NCBI RefSeq assembly: GCF_001194135.2
Contig: NC_068995.1
Location: 14,386,645 to 14,450,644 of the forward strand
Source of the DNA: Octopus bimaculoides
Taxonomy: Eukaryota
Direction of reading: 5' to 3'
Length of the DNA stretch: 64,000 bases
Under the pieces are notes generated by a model. It saw nothing but the letters and a program-made list of their open reading frames with translations. It did no database searches and was not told the DNA's origin. The position numbers were made by a program, and so were the translations under genes. How positions within the stretch are numbered: the first letter of the stretch is position 1; each line of letters starts with the position of its first letter. Shown one piece after another: positions 1 through 12,455 of the stretch.

Positions 1-31
<31 letters not shown>

Positions 32-305
32 GGATTCAAGTAATCCAGTAGTACTCCTTAATATTGAGATATTTGAATTTTCTTATTGTTAGACTGGAGC
101 CTGGTGCAGCCTTCTAGCTTGTCAGTTCTCAGTCAAACAATCCAACCCATGCCAGCATGGAAAGCGGACGTTAAATGACGATGATGATAATGATACTTTG
201 CATTGTCATTGGATTAGCAAAACAATTATGAGAATGGAACCAAGGGATAAGTTCAACTTTCTCAGGAATTACTGGGTATGTCAGCTGGTATACATATATA
301 AGCAC

Positions 306-686
306 AGGAGTGGCTGTGTAGTAAGAAGCTTGCTTCCCAACCACATGGTTCCGGGTTCAGTCCCACTGCATGGTACCTTGGGCAAGTGTCTTCTACTATA
401 ACCTCAGGCCAAACAAAGCCTTGTGAGTGGATTTGGTAGACGGAAACTGAAAGAAACGCATCGTATATATGTATATATTTATGTGTGTGTGTGTCTGTGT
501 TTGTCTCCCCACTATTGCTTGGCAACCAATGTTGGTGTGCTTATGTCCCCGTAACTTAGAGGTTTGGCAACAGAGACCAATAGAATAAGTACTAGGCTTA
601 CAAGAATAAGTCCAGGGGTCTCTTTGTTCGACTAAAAGCAGTGCTTCAGCATGGCCACAGTCAAATGACTGAAACAAGTAAAAGAA
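306..686 (+). mobile_element. tRNA-derived SINE family A (near full length)
   Basis: Head GTGGCTGTGT.GTAAGAAGC...GGTTCAGTCCC, internal (TA)/(TG)n, tail GACTGAAACAAGTAAAAGA. Other copies or parts at about 3780-4150(-), 7445-7625(-), 18722-18885(+), 19850-20135(-), 20630-20790(-), 38005-38585(-), 39735-40245(+), 45410-45660(-), 53425-53700(+). Confidence 0.85.
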
Positions 687-694
687 TATATATA

Positions 695-727
<33 letters not shown>

Positions 728-732
728 GGTTG

Positions 733-822
733 GGCAGTTTAGCTTAATTGGTCGAGAGCACTGCAACACGTAATCACGGAGGTGTGAGTTCGAGTCTCAT
801 GGCTGGCCACCTACACTTTTTT
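733..822 (+). pseudogene. tRNA-like pseudogene or isolated tRNA-SINE head
   Basis: A box TAGCTTAATTGG at 740-751, T arm GTGAG-TTCGAGT-CTCAT at 784-800, acceptor stem 6/7 paired, oligo-T at 817-822; the anticodon stem does not pair. Confidence 0.6.
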
Positions 823-3267
823 CTGCAAAATAGGGGTATTTTATCCTATTCAGGCTATATTATTAGCATTATCCTGCGTTTGAGAATTTAAAATCACTTC
901 TTTAACTTTCTAAGACATCTCAACGCTTCTAAAAGCAAACTNNNNNNNNNNNNNNNNNNNNNNNNNNNNNNNNNNNNNNNNNNNNNNNNNNNNNNNNNNN
1001 NNNNNNNNNNNNNNNNNNNNNNNNNNNNNNNNNNNNNNNNNNNNNNNNNNNNNNNNNNNNNNNNNNNNNNNNNNNNNNNNNNNNNNNNNNNNNNNNNNNN
1101 NNNNNNNNNNNNNNNNNNNNNNNNNNNNNNNNNNNNNNNNNNNNNNNNNNNNNNNNNNNNNNNNNNNNNNNNNNNNNNNNNNNNNNNNNNNNNNNNNNNN
1201 NNNNNNNNNNNNNNNNNNNNNNNNNNNNNNNNNNNNNNNNNNNNNNNNNNNNNNNNNNNNNNNNNNNNNNNNNNNNNNNNNNNNNNNNNNNNNNNNNNNN
1301 NNNNNNNNNNNNNNNNNNNNNNNNNNNNNNNNNNNNNNNNNNNNNNNNNNNNNNNNNNNNNNNNNNNNNNNNNNNNNNNNNNNNNNNNNNNNNNNNNNNN
1401 NNNNNNNNNNNNNNNNNNNNNNNNNNNNNNNNNNNNNNNNNNNNNNNNNNNNNNNNNNNNNNNNNNNNNNNNNNNNNNNNNNNNNNNNNNNNNNNNNNNN
1501 NNNNNNNNNNNNNNNNNNNNNNNNNNNNNNNNNNNNNNNNNNNNNNNNNNNNNNNNNNNNNNNNNNNNNNNNNNNNNNNNNNNNNNNNNNNNNNNNNNNN
1601 NNNNNNNNNNNNNNNNNNNNNNNNNNNNNNNNNNNNNNNNNNNNNNNNNNNNNNNNNNNNNNNNNNNNNNNNNNNNNNNNNNNNNNNNNNNNNNNNNNNN
1701 NNNNNNNNNNNNNNNNNNNNNNNNNNNNNNNNNNNNNNNNNNNNNNNNNNNNNNNNNNNNNNNNNNNNNNNNNNNNNNNNNNNNNNNNNNNNNNNNNNNN
1801 NNNNNNNNNNNNNNNNNNNNNNNNNNACCCAAAGGGAGGATGTGGTGGGGAACATGGAACGCAAACAAACAAACAAAAAAAATTTAATCATTTTGTCTTT
1901 GATTTCTTAGATGCAAACCTTGGTTATCTGAATATCAGATTTTCTAAATTTCAATTTATCTAAACAAGATCTCCATACCCTGTGAATATTTACTTAGCCT
2001 CATCACTAAAACCACCACCACCATTACTACTACCACCACTGCTGCTGCTGCTGCTGCTACTACTACACCAGCACCACCACCATTACTACTACCACCACCA
2101 CCACTGCTGCTGCTGCTGCTGCTACTACTACACCAGCACCACCACCATTACTACTACCACCACCATCACTGCTGCTAATACTACTACTACTACTACTACT
2201 ACATATCAAGGATAGCACCAATTCACCTGTTTGTCAAGAATGGTTGCCAATTCACCCAGTTGTCAAGAATAAGTACAAATTCACTCAATTGCCAGAAACG
2301 GGTACATTTTCTGGGGAAATGGTCACCTTCAACTTACTCAGAAGGGCCAGGTTCTGATTTGAGTGATATTTGGTCACTTGCCAGCTATTTTTTAAGCTGG
2401 TCAAGCAACCACCCTTTTTCCTTAGCTTAATCACAACTTGTAGTAGTGTTGGTGGTAGTTGCAGTAGTAGTAGCAGCAGCAGTAGTTAAAAGTTTGAACT
2501 CCTGAACATGTGATTTCATAATGCATTTCTTAACCACCTCTCACTCTCTCTGGTTGGATAACCATGTACTTCCTCTGCAGCAAGGCATGTTTCTGTCTCT
2601 CTGTCCCACTCTAACCTTTCATCATCTGGCACAAGATCACCTCCTCCAATGCCCCCTCCCTTCTCGAAAATTCCTTATTTTGCAAGTTAGTTGGTGACTT
2701 GGCCAGTGCTGGTGCTACTTACAAAGCATCCAGTCCACAGTCTGAAGTGGTTGGCATTTGGAAGGGCATCCAGTTGTGAAAACCCATGCCAAAACTGACC
2801 TTGGCTGTGCTGATGCCACGTAAAAAGCACTCAGTCCACTCTGCTGGGCGGTCGGTTGTTAGGAAGGGCATCCAGCTGTAAAAACCATGCCAAGACAAAC
2901 TCAGAAGTATGGTACAACCTTCTCACTGGCCAGCTCCTGTCAAACCATCCAAACTATGCCAACATGGAAGGAGGATGTGGCTCAGAGTTATAGTACAAGG
3001 CCCTAGGTGCCCTGCAGAAGCACTGAACCAAAACCATATGGTTGGGTAACACAGCCACACCTACACTTAATCATTTAGCATTCAGATTTCTTTGTTAAAT
3101 CTAATCCTTATTTATTCCCATTGCTTTGAATTAATCATGCATTATTTTGTAACTTCAAGATTTTGATGTTTTAGTTTTAGAGTGACATTGTAGGATAGGT
3201 GTGAGAGGCTAAATCTTGTCATTCTGAACATAAAACAGAATATTTGGGCCTGATATGGCCAGTTTAA

Positions 3268-3507
3268 CCCTACAGCATTCAGATTTCTTTGTTAAATCTA
3301 ATGCTTATTCAAATTGTTTTGAATTAATCATGCATTATTTTGTAGCTTCAAGGTTTCAGTGGTGTGTTTGTATAGTTTTAGAATGACACTGTAGGGTAGA
3401 TGTGAGAGATTGGATCCGGTCAGTTTTAACATCAAACAGATAAACTATTTGGACCGGATATGGCTGGATTAAATGCTGGATTAAATGATGGATCAAATGC
3501 TGAAGGG
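3268..3507. mobile_element. piggyBac-like MITE (TTAA-CCCT...AGGG-TTAA); copies at 3072-3263, about 11070-11590 and 47875-48096
   Basis: TTAA on both sides (3264-3267, 3508-3511); termini CCCT.CAGCATT and AATGCTGAAGGG. Confidence 0.6.
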
Positions 3508-3549
3508 TTAAACAATAATAAAATAACTTAAGACATTTAAAAGGGCTAC

Positions 3550-3701
3550 CTTCAATTGACTCAGGTTCCTTGTGGCCGTTTAACAATTCATAATCACTGT
3601 AAGAGAGGGGGATCTTCATATCATTGTACCGATAGATTTTCCAAGAAACACTTGTAGACTTGATCACCATTTTCCTGTAGGCGCCAGGTAAAGAATAATC
3701 T
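3550..3701 (-). CDS. PUS7: PUS7 coding exon 16 ([50 protein letters not shown])
   Basis: ttccag|A ... G|GTAGCC, 152 nt; SL.GAYRK motif. Confidence 0.93.
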
Positions 3702-6700
3702 CTGGAAAAGAAAGGATAGTTTTTTTGGGTTCTTTTTTATCAATTAATCTGTAAGCTTAATCTTCAATTTTTTATCTTTTATTCATCTCAGTCATTGGAT
3801 TGTGGCCATGCTGGGGCACCACCTTGATGGGTTTGTCTTTTATCTTTTACTTGTTTCAGTCATTAGACCGTGGCCATGCTGGAGCACTACCTTGGAACAT
3901 TTTTTAGTTTAATGAATCAACCCCAGTACTTATTGTTTTTTAAGCCTGGTATTTATTTTATTGGTCTCTTTTGCCAAACCACTAAGTTATGAGGTATAAA
4001 CACACCAACACCAGTTGTCAAGCACTAGTGAAGGGCAAACACAAACGCAAAGACATGTGTATGACAGGCTTCTTTCAGTTTCCATTCACCAAATCCACTC
4101 ACAAAGCTTTGGTCAACCCAAGGTAATAGGAGAAGACACTTGTCCAAGGTACCATGCAAATCATACCTAACTGTCTTAAAAAAAGAGTGACATGATGGTC
4201 ATGGTTGGAACATATTTGATCATAAAGTGTACTTGTAGAGGATCCAATGAGAGATTTTTTATGTGGTTACTCAGGCCTCTAGAAATAGCAATTAAATCTC
4301 CTACAAATCAAACCTTGTCTTTAAAAAAAGTAAGAATAATCCTTACTTTAAATACTATGTTTGAATAAAAGTCAGGATGGTCACAGCCTGAATGTTTTAG
4401 GCCAGTGACTCTCAACCATATGACCCCTCAGGGTCAATATAAAATCTTTCACAAGTGAAATAGTAAATTAGGTCTGCAATAGTTTTCATGGAGACCATGA
4501 AATAGTTTTTGATTTCGATATATTTATTGCAAAAAACAGTTCGGTTTCTTTCTCTGATGTTTTACATAATTCAGCCTACACAAGTGAAAATTCATCTTTC
4601 AAAATTCTTATTTTGAAAGAAGTATCTATAAAAGCAATGAATTTTTTTAAACAACGAATGGTTAGTGGGATCCACCAGACTGAAATAGTAATCAGAGGGG
4701 TCCATAGACAAAAAATAGTTAAGAATATGGGGTTTTAGACAATATCTGCTGGATCAAGAATGGTTTGGGAGAGCTGAGTAACAACACCTAGACACTCCTC
4801 AAGATGCTGACAAAATATGGTTGATCTCTTCTTCGATCAGCTTCTGTCATTAGAATCAATTCATCATACCTAATAACTTGAGTGAAATGAGTGTACTTCT
4901 ATGCAGTCACACTTCTTGCCAGATATAGCAGCCCAAACACCTTCAAATTACATCCTACTGTCTTAAACAAAGGAGAGGATACTTTAGAACAGTGTTTCTT
5001 AACCATTTCTTAACCATTTTTGGTCCCCAGTACTTTTTTTTTTTAAAGTCTGGTACTTAGAAGAAGTACCCGGCTTAAAAAAAAAAATACTGGGGGTCAT
5101 TTCATTTGACTACAAGGTGGTGCTCCTGTATGACTGCAGTCTAATAACGGAAACAAAAAAAAAAAAGACAAAATAGTAAATAAAAAGAAAAGTACCAACA
5201 ATTTGAAAGCACCAACTTACTTGTTTGAATGCCGTAGGTTATCAACATCCAGGCCATCTTTGCTTAAGATTTCTTTGTACCAATTTTTGGCTAGAAAAAT
5301 AAGAAAAAGATGTAAAATATATATATACAAAAAAAAGAAATGGAGATACACAATTGTCGATTGAAAAATTTTAAATTTATTAATATAATATTATATTATA
5401 TTCTGATAATAATATAATATAGTAAATAATAAATATTAAATACAGTGCTGCCTGATTGGTCCTGTGCCAGTGGCACTTAAAAAGCGCCATTTGAGTGTGG
5501 TTGTTGCCAGTGCCACCCAACTGGCTCCCATGCTGGTGGCACATAAAAAGCACCATTCAAGTGTGGTTGATGCCAGTACCACCTGACTGGCCCTCGTGCT
5601 GGTGGCATGTAAAAAGAACCCACTACACTCTCAGAATGGTTGGCGTTAGGAAGGGCATCCGGCTGTAGAAACTTTACCAGATAAAACTGGAACCTGGTGC
5701 GGCCTTCTGGCTTGCCAGCCCTCAGTCAAACCGTCCAACCCATGCCAGCATGGAAAGCGGATGTTAAACGACGATGATGATGATGATGTAATTACATACA
5801 ACTGTTTTGATATTAAACAGTTTAGCCAGTGAAAAATTGGATGTTTTCATTCATATAAGAGGAACCTATTTTCCTTGTATTGGGTTTTATTTCATATATA
5901 TACATATCATCATCATCATCATCATCGTTTAACGTCCGCTTTCCATGCTAGCATGGGTTGGACGATTTGACTGAGGACTGGTGAAACCGGATGGCAACAC
6001 CAGGCTCCAATCTAATTTGGCAGAGTTTCTACAGCTGGATGCCCATATATATATATGTCTACTTTTTCTTCAGGAAGAACTCGATGCATTAGTGAACTGT
6101 CAATGACAAAAAATCAAAGTTGCTGAGAAAATGTTAGCTGACATGGAGGACTGGAAGCCATCTGAATATTGGAAAAGAGTTACCTCTATCATAATGATTT
6201 GTGTTGGGTGTCAAAATTCTCTTGATTGTAATCTCATGGATACTAAGATCTGCAATATCAAGACCAAGCTGGCAGCCAAGATCAAGGTGGTGTTCGAAGA
6301 TCATGGGACAACATTAAGAAATACATGTGCCAGGCCCCAGAGCTGTCTCAAGGGTATGATGGAAGTTGAGGGCAGCAGATATTGCATCTGCTTAATGACT
6401 TGAAACTGGAACCAAGTCTAGCGGACGGGACCTTAATGGTCTATAAATCTATGAAGGGAGGACAGGAGAAAAGGGGAGTGGAGAGTGAGAAGGGAAGAGA
6501 GAAAGGGAAATAAAAGAGAGAGGGAAAGAGAAGAGAGAGAGAGAGAGGGGGGAATAAAGGAGAGAAAGAAAGGAAAGAGAGAAATAGGGGAGAGATAGAG
6601 AAAGAAAGATAGAGAGAGAGAAAGAACTTACGGTAATGAGTTCAGATCTATAAGCTTGAATTATGAGATTCGTTAGTTTAACGTCCACTTTCCATGCTAG

Positions 6701-9700
6701 TATGGGTTGGACGATTTGACTGACGACTGGCAAGCCAGAAGGCTGCACCAGGCTCTAATCTGATCTGGCAGAGTTTCTACAGCTGGATGCCCTTCCTAAC
6801 GCCAACCACTCCGAGAGTGTAGTGAGTGCTTTTACGTGCCACTGGCACAAGGGCCAGTCACATGGTACTGGTAACGGCTACGCTCAAAAAGGTATTTTTT
6901 ATGTGCCACCTGCATGGGAGCCAGTCCAGAGGCACTGGCAACGACCTCGTTCGAATGATTTCTCACTCGAATCAGAGGTAATATACAATTTGATAACAAT
7001 CAAAACAAACAGCTCCAAACATTTAATACTGACCTTCATTATCAGGGTACGAGATACTAAAACCAGGTAAAGGCATCACAATATCATGTATTGTATATTT
7101 TGAGATGTTGTCAGCAGTGATGGTGTGTGGTTCCTCCTTGCATGCATCTGTGTTCACAGCTGTAATAAACATTAATTAGAATGTATAATTCTTTTTAGTT
7201 ATAGGTACAAGTTCTGAAATTTTTGGGGAGAGGGCTAGTTGATTACATCGACCCCAGTAATTCACTGGTACTTATTTTATCAGACCCTTGAAAAGATAAG
7301 AGGAAAAGTCGACCTAAGTGGTATTTGAACCTAGAACATAAGGAGCTAAAAAAAATCTTGCTAAGCATTTGATCCAGCACAGAAATGAATCTGCCAACTC
7401 ACATTCTTAATTACAGTCTTTTATCACACACACAGATATATATACATATATATATATATATACACAACAGGCTTCTTTCAGTTTCTGTCTACCAAATCCA
7501 CTCACAAGGCTTTGGTTGGCCCAAGACTATAGTAGAAAACACTTGCCAAGGTGCAATGTAGTGGGATTGAACCTGAAACCATGTGGTTGGGAAGCAAGCT
7601 TCTTACCACGCAGCCACTCCTGTGCTTAGAATGTATAATTAATAAGCAAAAGTGATTAATTATTAATGCAACACCAGTACAATACTACCACTACCCACCA
7701 TACACACATTGCTATAAACAGTACAATTAGTGTAACACATCCACACACGGTTTCCTATGGTTGTCTTTAACTCCTAGTATAAGTAACTGGTATTCCGTTA
7801 GTTACAACGAGGGTTCCAGTTGACATACCCTTAATGTAGTTGTCAGAAAGATTCAGAGTGCCATAGAATGTGACAAGGCTGGCCCCTTTGAAATACAGAT
7901 ACAACTCATTTTTGCCAGCTGAGTTGACTGGAGCAACGTGAAATGAAGTACCTTGCTCAAGGACAACACAGCGTGCTGCCAGGAATCGAACTCACGACGT
8001 TACGATCGTGAACCGAATACCTTAACCACTAAGCCACGTGCCTTCAAAGCTCCAACCAAAGCTGTGTAAAAAGAAATCTAAAATTTAAGCAAGGGAGATA
8101 ACTCCAACAATATCAGATAATCAAAATCGTGGAAAATATAGACGATGCAGTCAGATAAGTGGATCATTCTCATTAAAAACAATGTACCGTAGAGTATTGT
8201 ATTCTACAATAACTACTACTGCTGTTGTTGCTACTACTACAATATTGGGCCAATGACTGAACCTCTTTGTGGTTGACGAAGTTGCTGGAAATAGAAGCCA
8301 AATCTTCAAACTACTTCCTGCCATTTCAATTATAGTAGGACATATTCGATAAAGTAGCCCATGATGTACAAATAAAGGTTGAATTTTAACGTTGTCGATG
8401 ATAACGAATAAAAATATCAAAACAAATAATAAGAATAGCACCAAAGAAACTTACCAGTCACGTCTGTCTTGTCGTAAACTAAATCTCCAATGACGGGCAC
8501 CAGACCAAACTGTTTGATTCTTTGAGAGACCATTGTATTCCAGACATAACTTTGGTAACTGTGGACATACATCAACCGAGTGTTCCGAGGAATCTGAAAG
8601 TCAGAGAAATGATATCATTAAGAGTTTAGCTGATTTCTAAGATAGGCACAAGGATTCAAATTGTTTTGTTGGGGAGGGAGGTACAGGTGCAGGCTTAGCT
8701 ACGTGGTTAAGAAGTTTGCTTTTCAACTGCAGATTTTCAGATTCAGTCCCATTGCGTAGCACCTCGAGCAAGTGTCCTCTTTTACAGCCATCTCGAATCA
8801 AAGCATTGTAAGTGGACTTGGTAGACAAAAACTGACAGAAGCTCATGAAATACGAACACACACACACACACACATATATATATATCACTAACCACTACAC
8901 ACATTTTTTTCTCTCCTTGTTTCTTTCTGTGTTCCTTTCTGTGGAAGAGCATAGGCTCAAAATGTTAAAGACTTTTTCAATTCCTGAGCATTATACTAAT
9001 ACATTTGTTTGTTTTCTACACCACCTGCCTTCGTCTGTTGTTTTTTGGTGAATTCTCCCTATACCCACACACACACACATATATATATATACGTACTGGT
9101 ACCACGTAAAAGGAATCCATGCTGGTGCTGTGTAAAAAACACCAGTGCCAGTGCCCCATAAAAAGCAGTGCACCAGTGCCATATTAATGCACTCATGCTG
9201 GTGCCACATAAATAGAACCCAGTACACTTGGTAAAGTGGTTGGTGGTAGAAAGGGAATTCAACCATAGAAACCATGCCAAAACAGACAATTGGAGCTTGG
9301 TCAGCTCCTGTTAAACCGTCCAACCCATGCCAGCATGGAAAACAGACATTAAATGATGATAATGATGATGATCATGATGATATATGAAATCTTTGACAAT
9401 AACATCTTTCTCACAGACTGGAACCATTTCACTTGATATCAATTCTTCATCCATACACAATACTCTCCACCCAGTTTTTACATTGATCACTCTACCAAGC
9501 TACCAAATTATATCTCCTTCTCCACCCACCCCTACTCTCTTGCAACAACATACCCAATTACATATCATCTCTCTTTCTTTTTCTCTCACCCCTCTCCTGT
9601 CTACTGTATCATCATTACCATTCTGCTGCTCTTCTCCCCCATGCATCATTGGTCACCTTCCACTCCTTATCCACTGATCACTACATCCATACCCCTTAAT

Positions 9701-10539
9701 ACTTGTTCTGTAACCGGTGTTGGTTTGGTTATGTCCCTGTACCTTAGCAGTTCAGCAAAAGGGACCTATAGACTTTAAAAATACGTTTGGGCAGAGGGGG
9801 TGATATGTTCAACTAGGCCCTTTAGAACTGTGCACCGGCATGGCAACAATCTGAAACAAGTAGAAGAAAATGAAACAAAAATATAATCAAGTTTACTTAC
9901 AAATATTAAAGCATTTGCATAGTTGTTCCCTCCTTGACTTGATAATCCTTCCAGTAGAAGTCTCTCTAGTCTGTGGCATTTTGGTGCTTTTGAAAGCGCT
10001 TCTTTTGCATTCCGTGTCTCCCACCAAATCTTCCTTGCTTCTGTTATGTCATCATTTTCTGTAAATATTTTAAAGAAATAAGAAACTATACGATTGTTAA
10101 ATACGCAAAAATCTTTTCAGAGAAATTCACATGCAATGTTGTTTTAGGCTTGAAAGTCAAGAGATGTTACAATGTGTTAGTCTTGATGTTTGATGTTCAA
10201 AGCTGAGCTTTTAACACAAAAGTGAGTGTGACACTGTAATAACTACCTAAGAGAGATAACCCCTCCATAACTTGGATATTTTCCAAATGCTGCATTTAAA
10301 AAAATGTTACATTGAACATCATCATCACCATCATCACTTAATTTTCACTTTTCTATACTTGCATGGGTCAGATGGAATTTGTTGAGGCAGATTTCAACCA
10401 CAAGATGCCCTTCCTATCACCAAACTCCACTCATTTCCAAGTAAGGTAATGTTTTTCTAACAGTCAGATGTTTTCCACTTGGTCTAGGAATTGAAATCAC
10501 GATCTAGTGATCATGCGTGCAACACCCTAACCATTAAGT

Positions 10540-10575
<36 letters not shown>

Positions 10576-12172
10576 ATATAATATGTAACAATTATTCGGT
10601 TGCCATAATAAAACTCCGAGTTTCGAATGTTGGAGCGGAAATCTGCTCCAGCATCTCGTCAGTTATTATCATTTGGATAATGTCCTTCCTTGAATTCAGG
10701 TCTTAATAACTGACAAGATGCCAGAGCAGATTTCCACCTCAACATCTGAAACTTGGAGTTTTATTATGGCAACCAAATAATTATCACATATTATATTACA
10801 GATAAATTCCTCTATTTACATAATATCGAGGTCTCATTCATTCTTTTGTTAACAACCAATGAAACATACCTCCATCTCGTGGTTTTAGAATGAGTTCAAC
10901 AGCTTCCTTCCAGTTGCTGTGTAGCAAAGCTCTGAAAACAACCATGAAAAATACTTCACTGTATAACATATCATGCAATACATTTAAAGCAACAGAATTA
11001 ACAGGTAGTAATTAACAGGTAGTAATAAACATTACAGTAGATTCTCACAGGTAAAAATATATCGTTAATACTTTAGCATTCAGATTATTCTGTCAAATCA
11101 TCATCATTTAACGTCTGCTTTCCATGCTAGCATGGGTTGGACGATTTGACTGGGGACTGGCGAACCAGATGGCTACACCAGACTCCAATCTGATCTGGCA
11201 GAGTTTCTACAGCTGGATGCCCTTCCTAACGCCAACCACTACGAGAGTGTAGTGGGTGCTTTTTATGTGTCACCGACACGAGGGCCAGTCCGGCTGTACT
11301 GGCAACAGACACGCTCAAATGGTGTTTTTTACGTGCCACCTGCACAGGAGTCAGTCCAATGTTTTGTTCACATGCCACCGGCACAAATGCCAGTAAGGCG
11401 AAGCTGGAAATGATTGTGCTATGTATTTATTCACATTCTTTTGAGTTAATCATGTATTATCTCATAGCTTTGAGATTTTGATGACGTAATTGTTTATTTT
11501 AAGAATGACATTGTTTCACATAGGTGTGAAAGGCTGGATCTGACCAATTTGAACATAAAGGAGGAAGAATATTTGGGCTGGATATGGCCTGATTAAATGC
11601 TAAAAGGTTGAGTCACAGATACCAACTAATATAGAAGTATTTTCAGACATGTAAGCATCTGACTGAATCACAAATATTGGTCTTTGACACTGACGCAAGG
11701 AAACAAATTTGTACAAGTTCAGTCCTTGTGGTTGTCTGATGACTTGTGCCCCTTAATGACCCTGAAAGTTATGCCCATGAAGTGCCAGCTCCTGGTAGGG
11801 CTTTTTATGATGGAAAGGTAAAAGATAGAGGCCAAACTAATATGAACCACTTTGGTAGGATCTGAAGTCAGAATGTACAGTTGGAACAAATACAGCAAGG
11901 CATTTTTTTCTGCACTCTAATGATTCAGCCTGCTCACCATCTTAATAGTAGTAATAATGATAATGGTTTCAGATGTTGGTATAAGGGCAGCAGTTTTGGG
12001 GTACGGGGAAGTCAATTACATTGACTCCAGTACTCGACTGATACTTATTTTATCGACCCCAAAAGGATGAAGGTCAAAGTCGACTTTGGTGGAATTTGAA
12101 CTCAGAATGTGAAGACAGATGAACTGCTGCTAAGCATTTTGCCTGGCGTGCTAACGATTCAGCCAGCTCACC

Positions 12173-12211
<39 letters not shown>

Positions 12212-12423
12212 CTTTTCTACTGAAAGCACAAGGCCTGAAATTTGTGGGGAGGGGACTAGTCAATTATATAGACCCCAATGTTTCACTGGTACTTAATTTA
12301 TCAACCCCGAAAGAATGAAAGGCAAAGTCAACCTCGGTGGAGTTTGAACTCAGAACGTAAAGATGGATGCAATGCCGCTAAGCATTTTGCCCAGCATGCT
12401 AACGATTCTGCCAGCCTGCTACC

Positions 12424-12455
<32 letters not shown>

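Noticed and set aside
894-1891. Long ORFs of about 320 aa here, and similar ones at 14807-15536, 34876-35998, 38023-38652 and 39677-40319
   Set aside because: They are open only because they run through N gaps.
3356-3549. Read-through C-terminus of PUS7 ([10 protein letters not shown]...)
   Set aside because: Lacks the conserved LP.S.YATM motif and runs into a piggyBac-like MITE; treated as intron.
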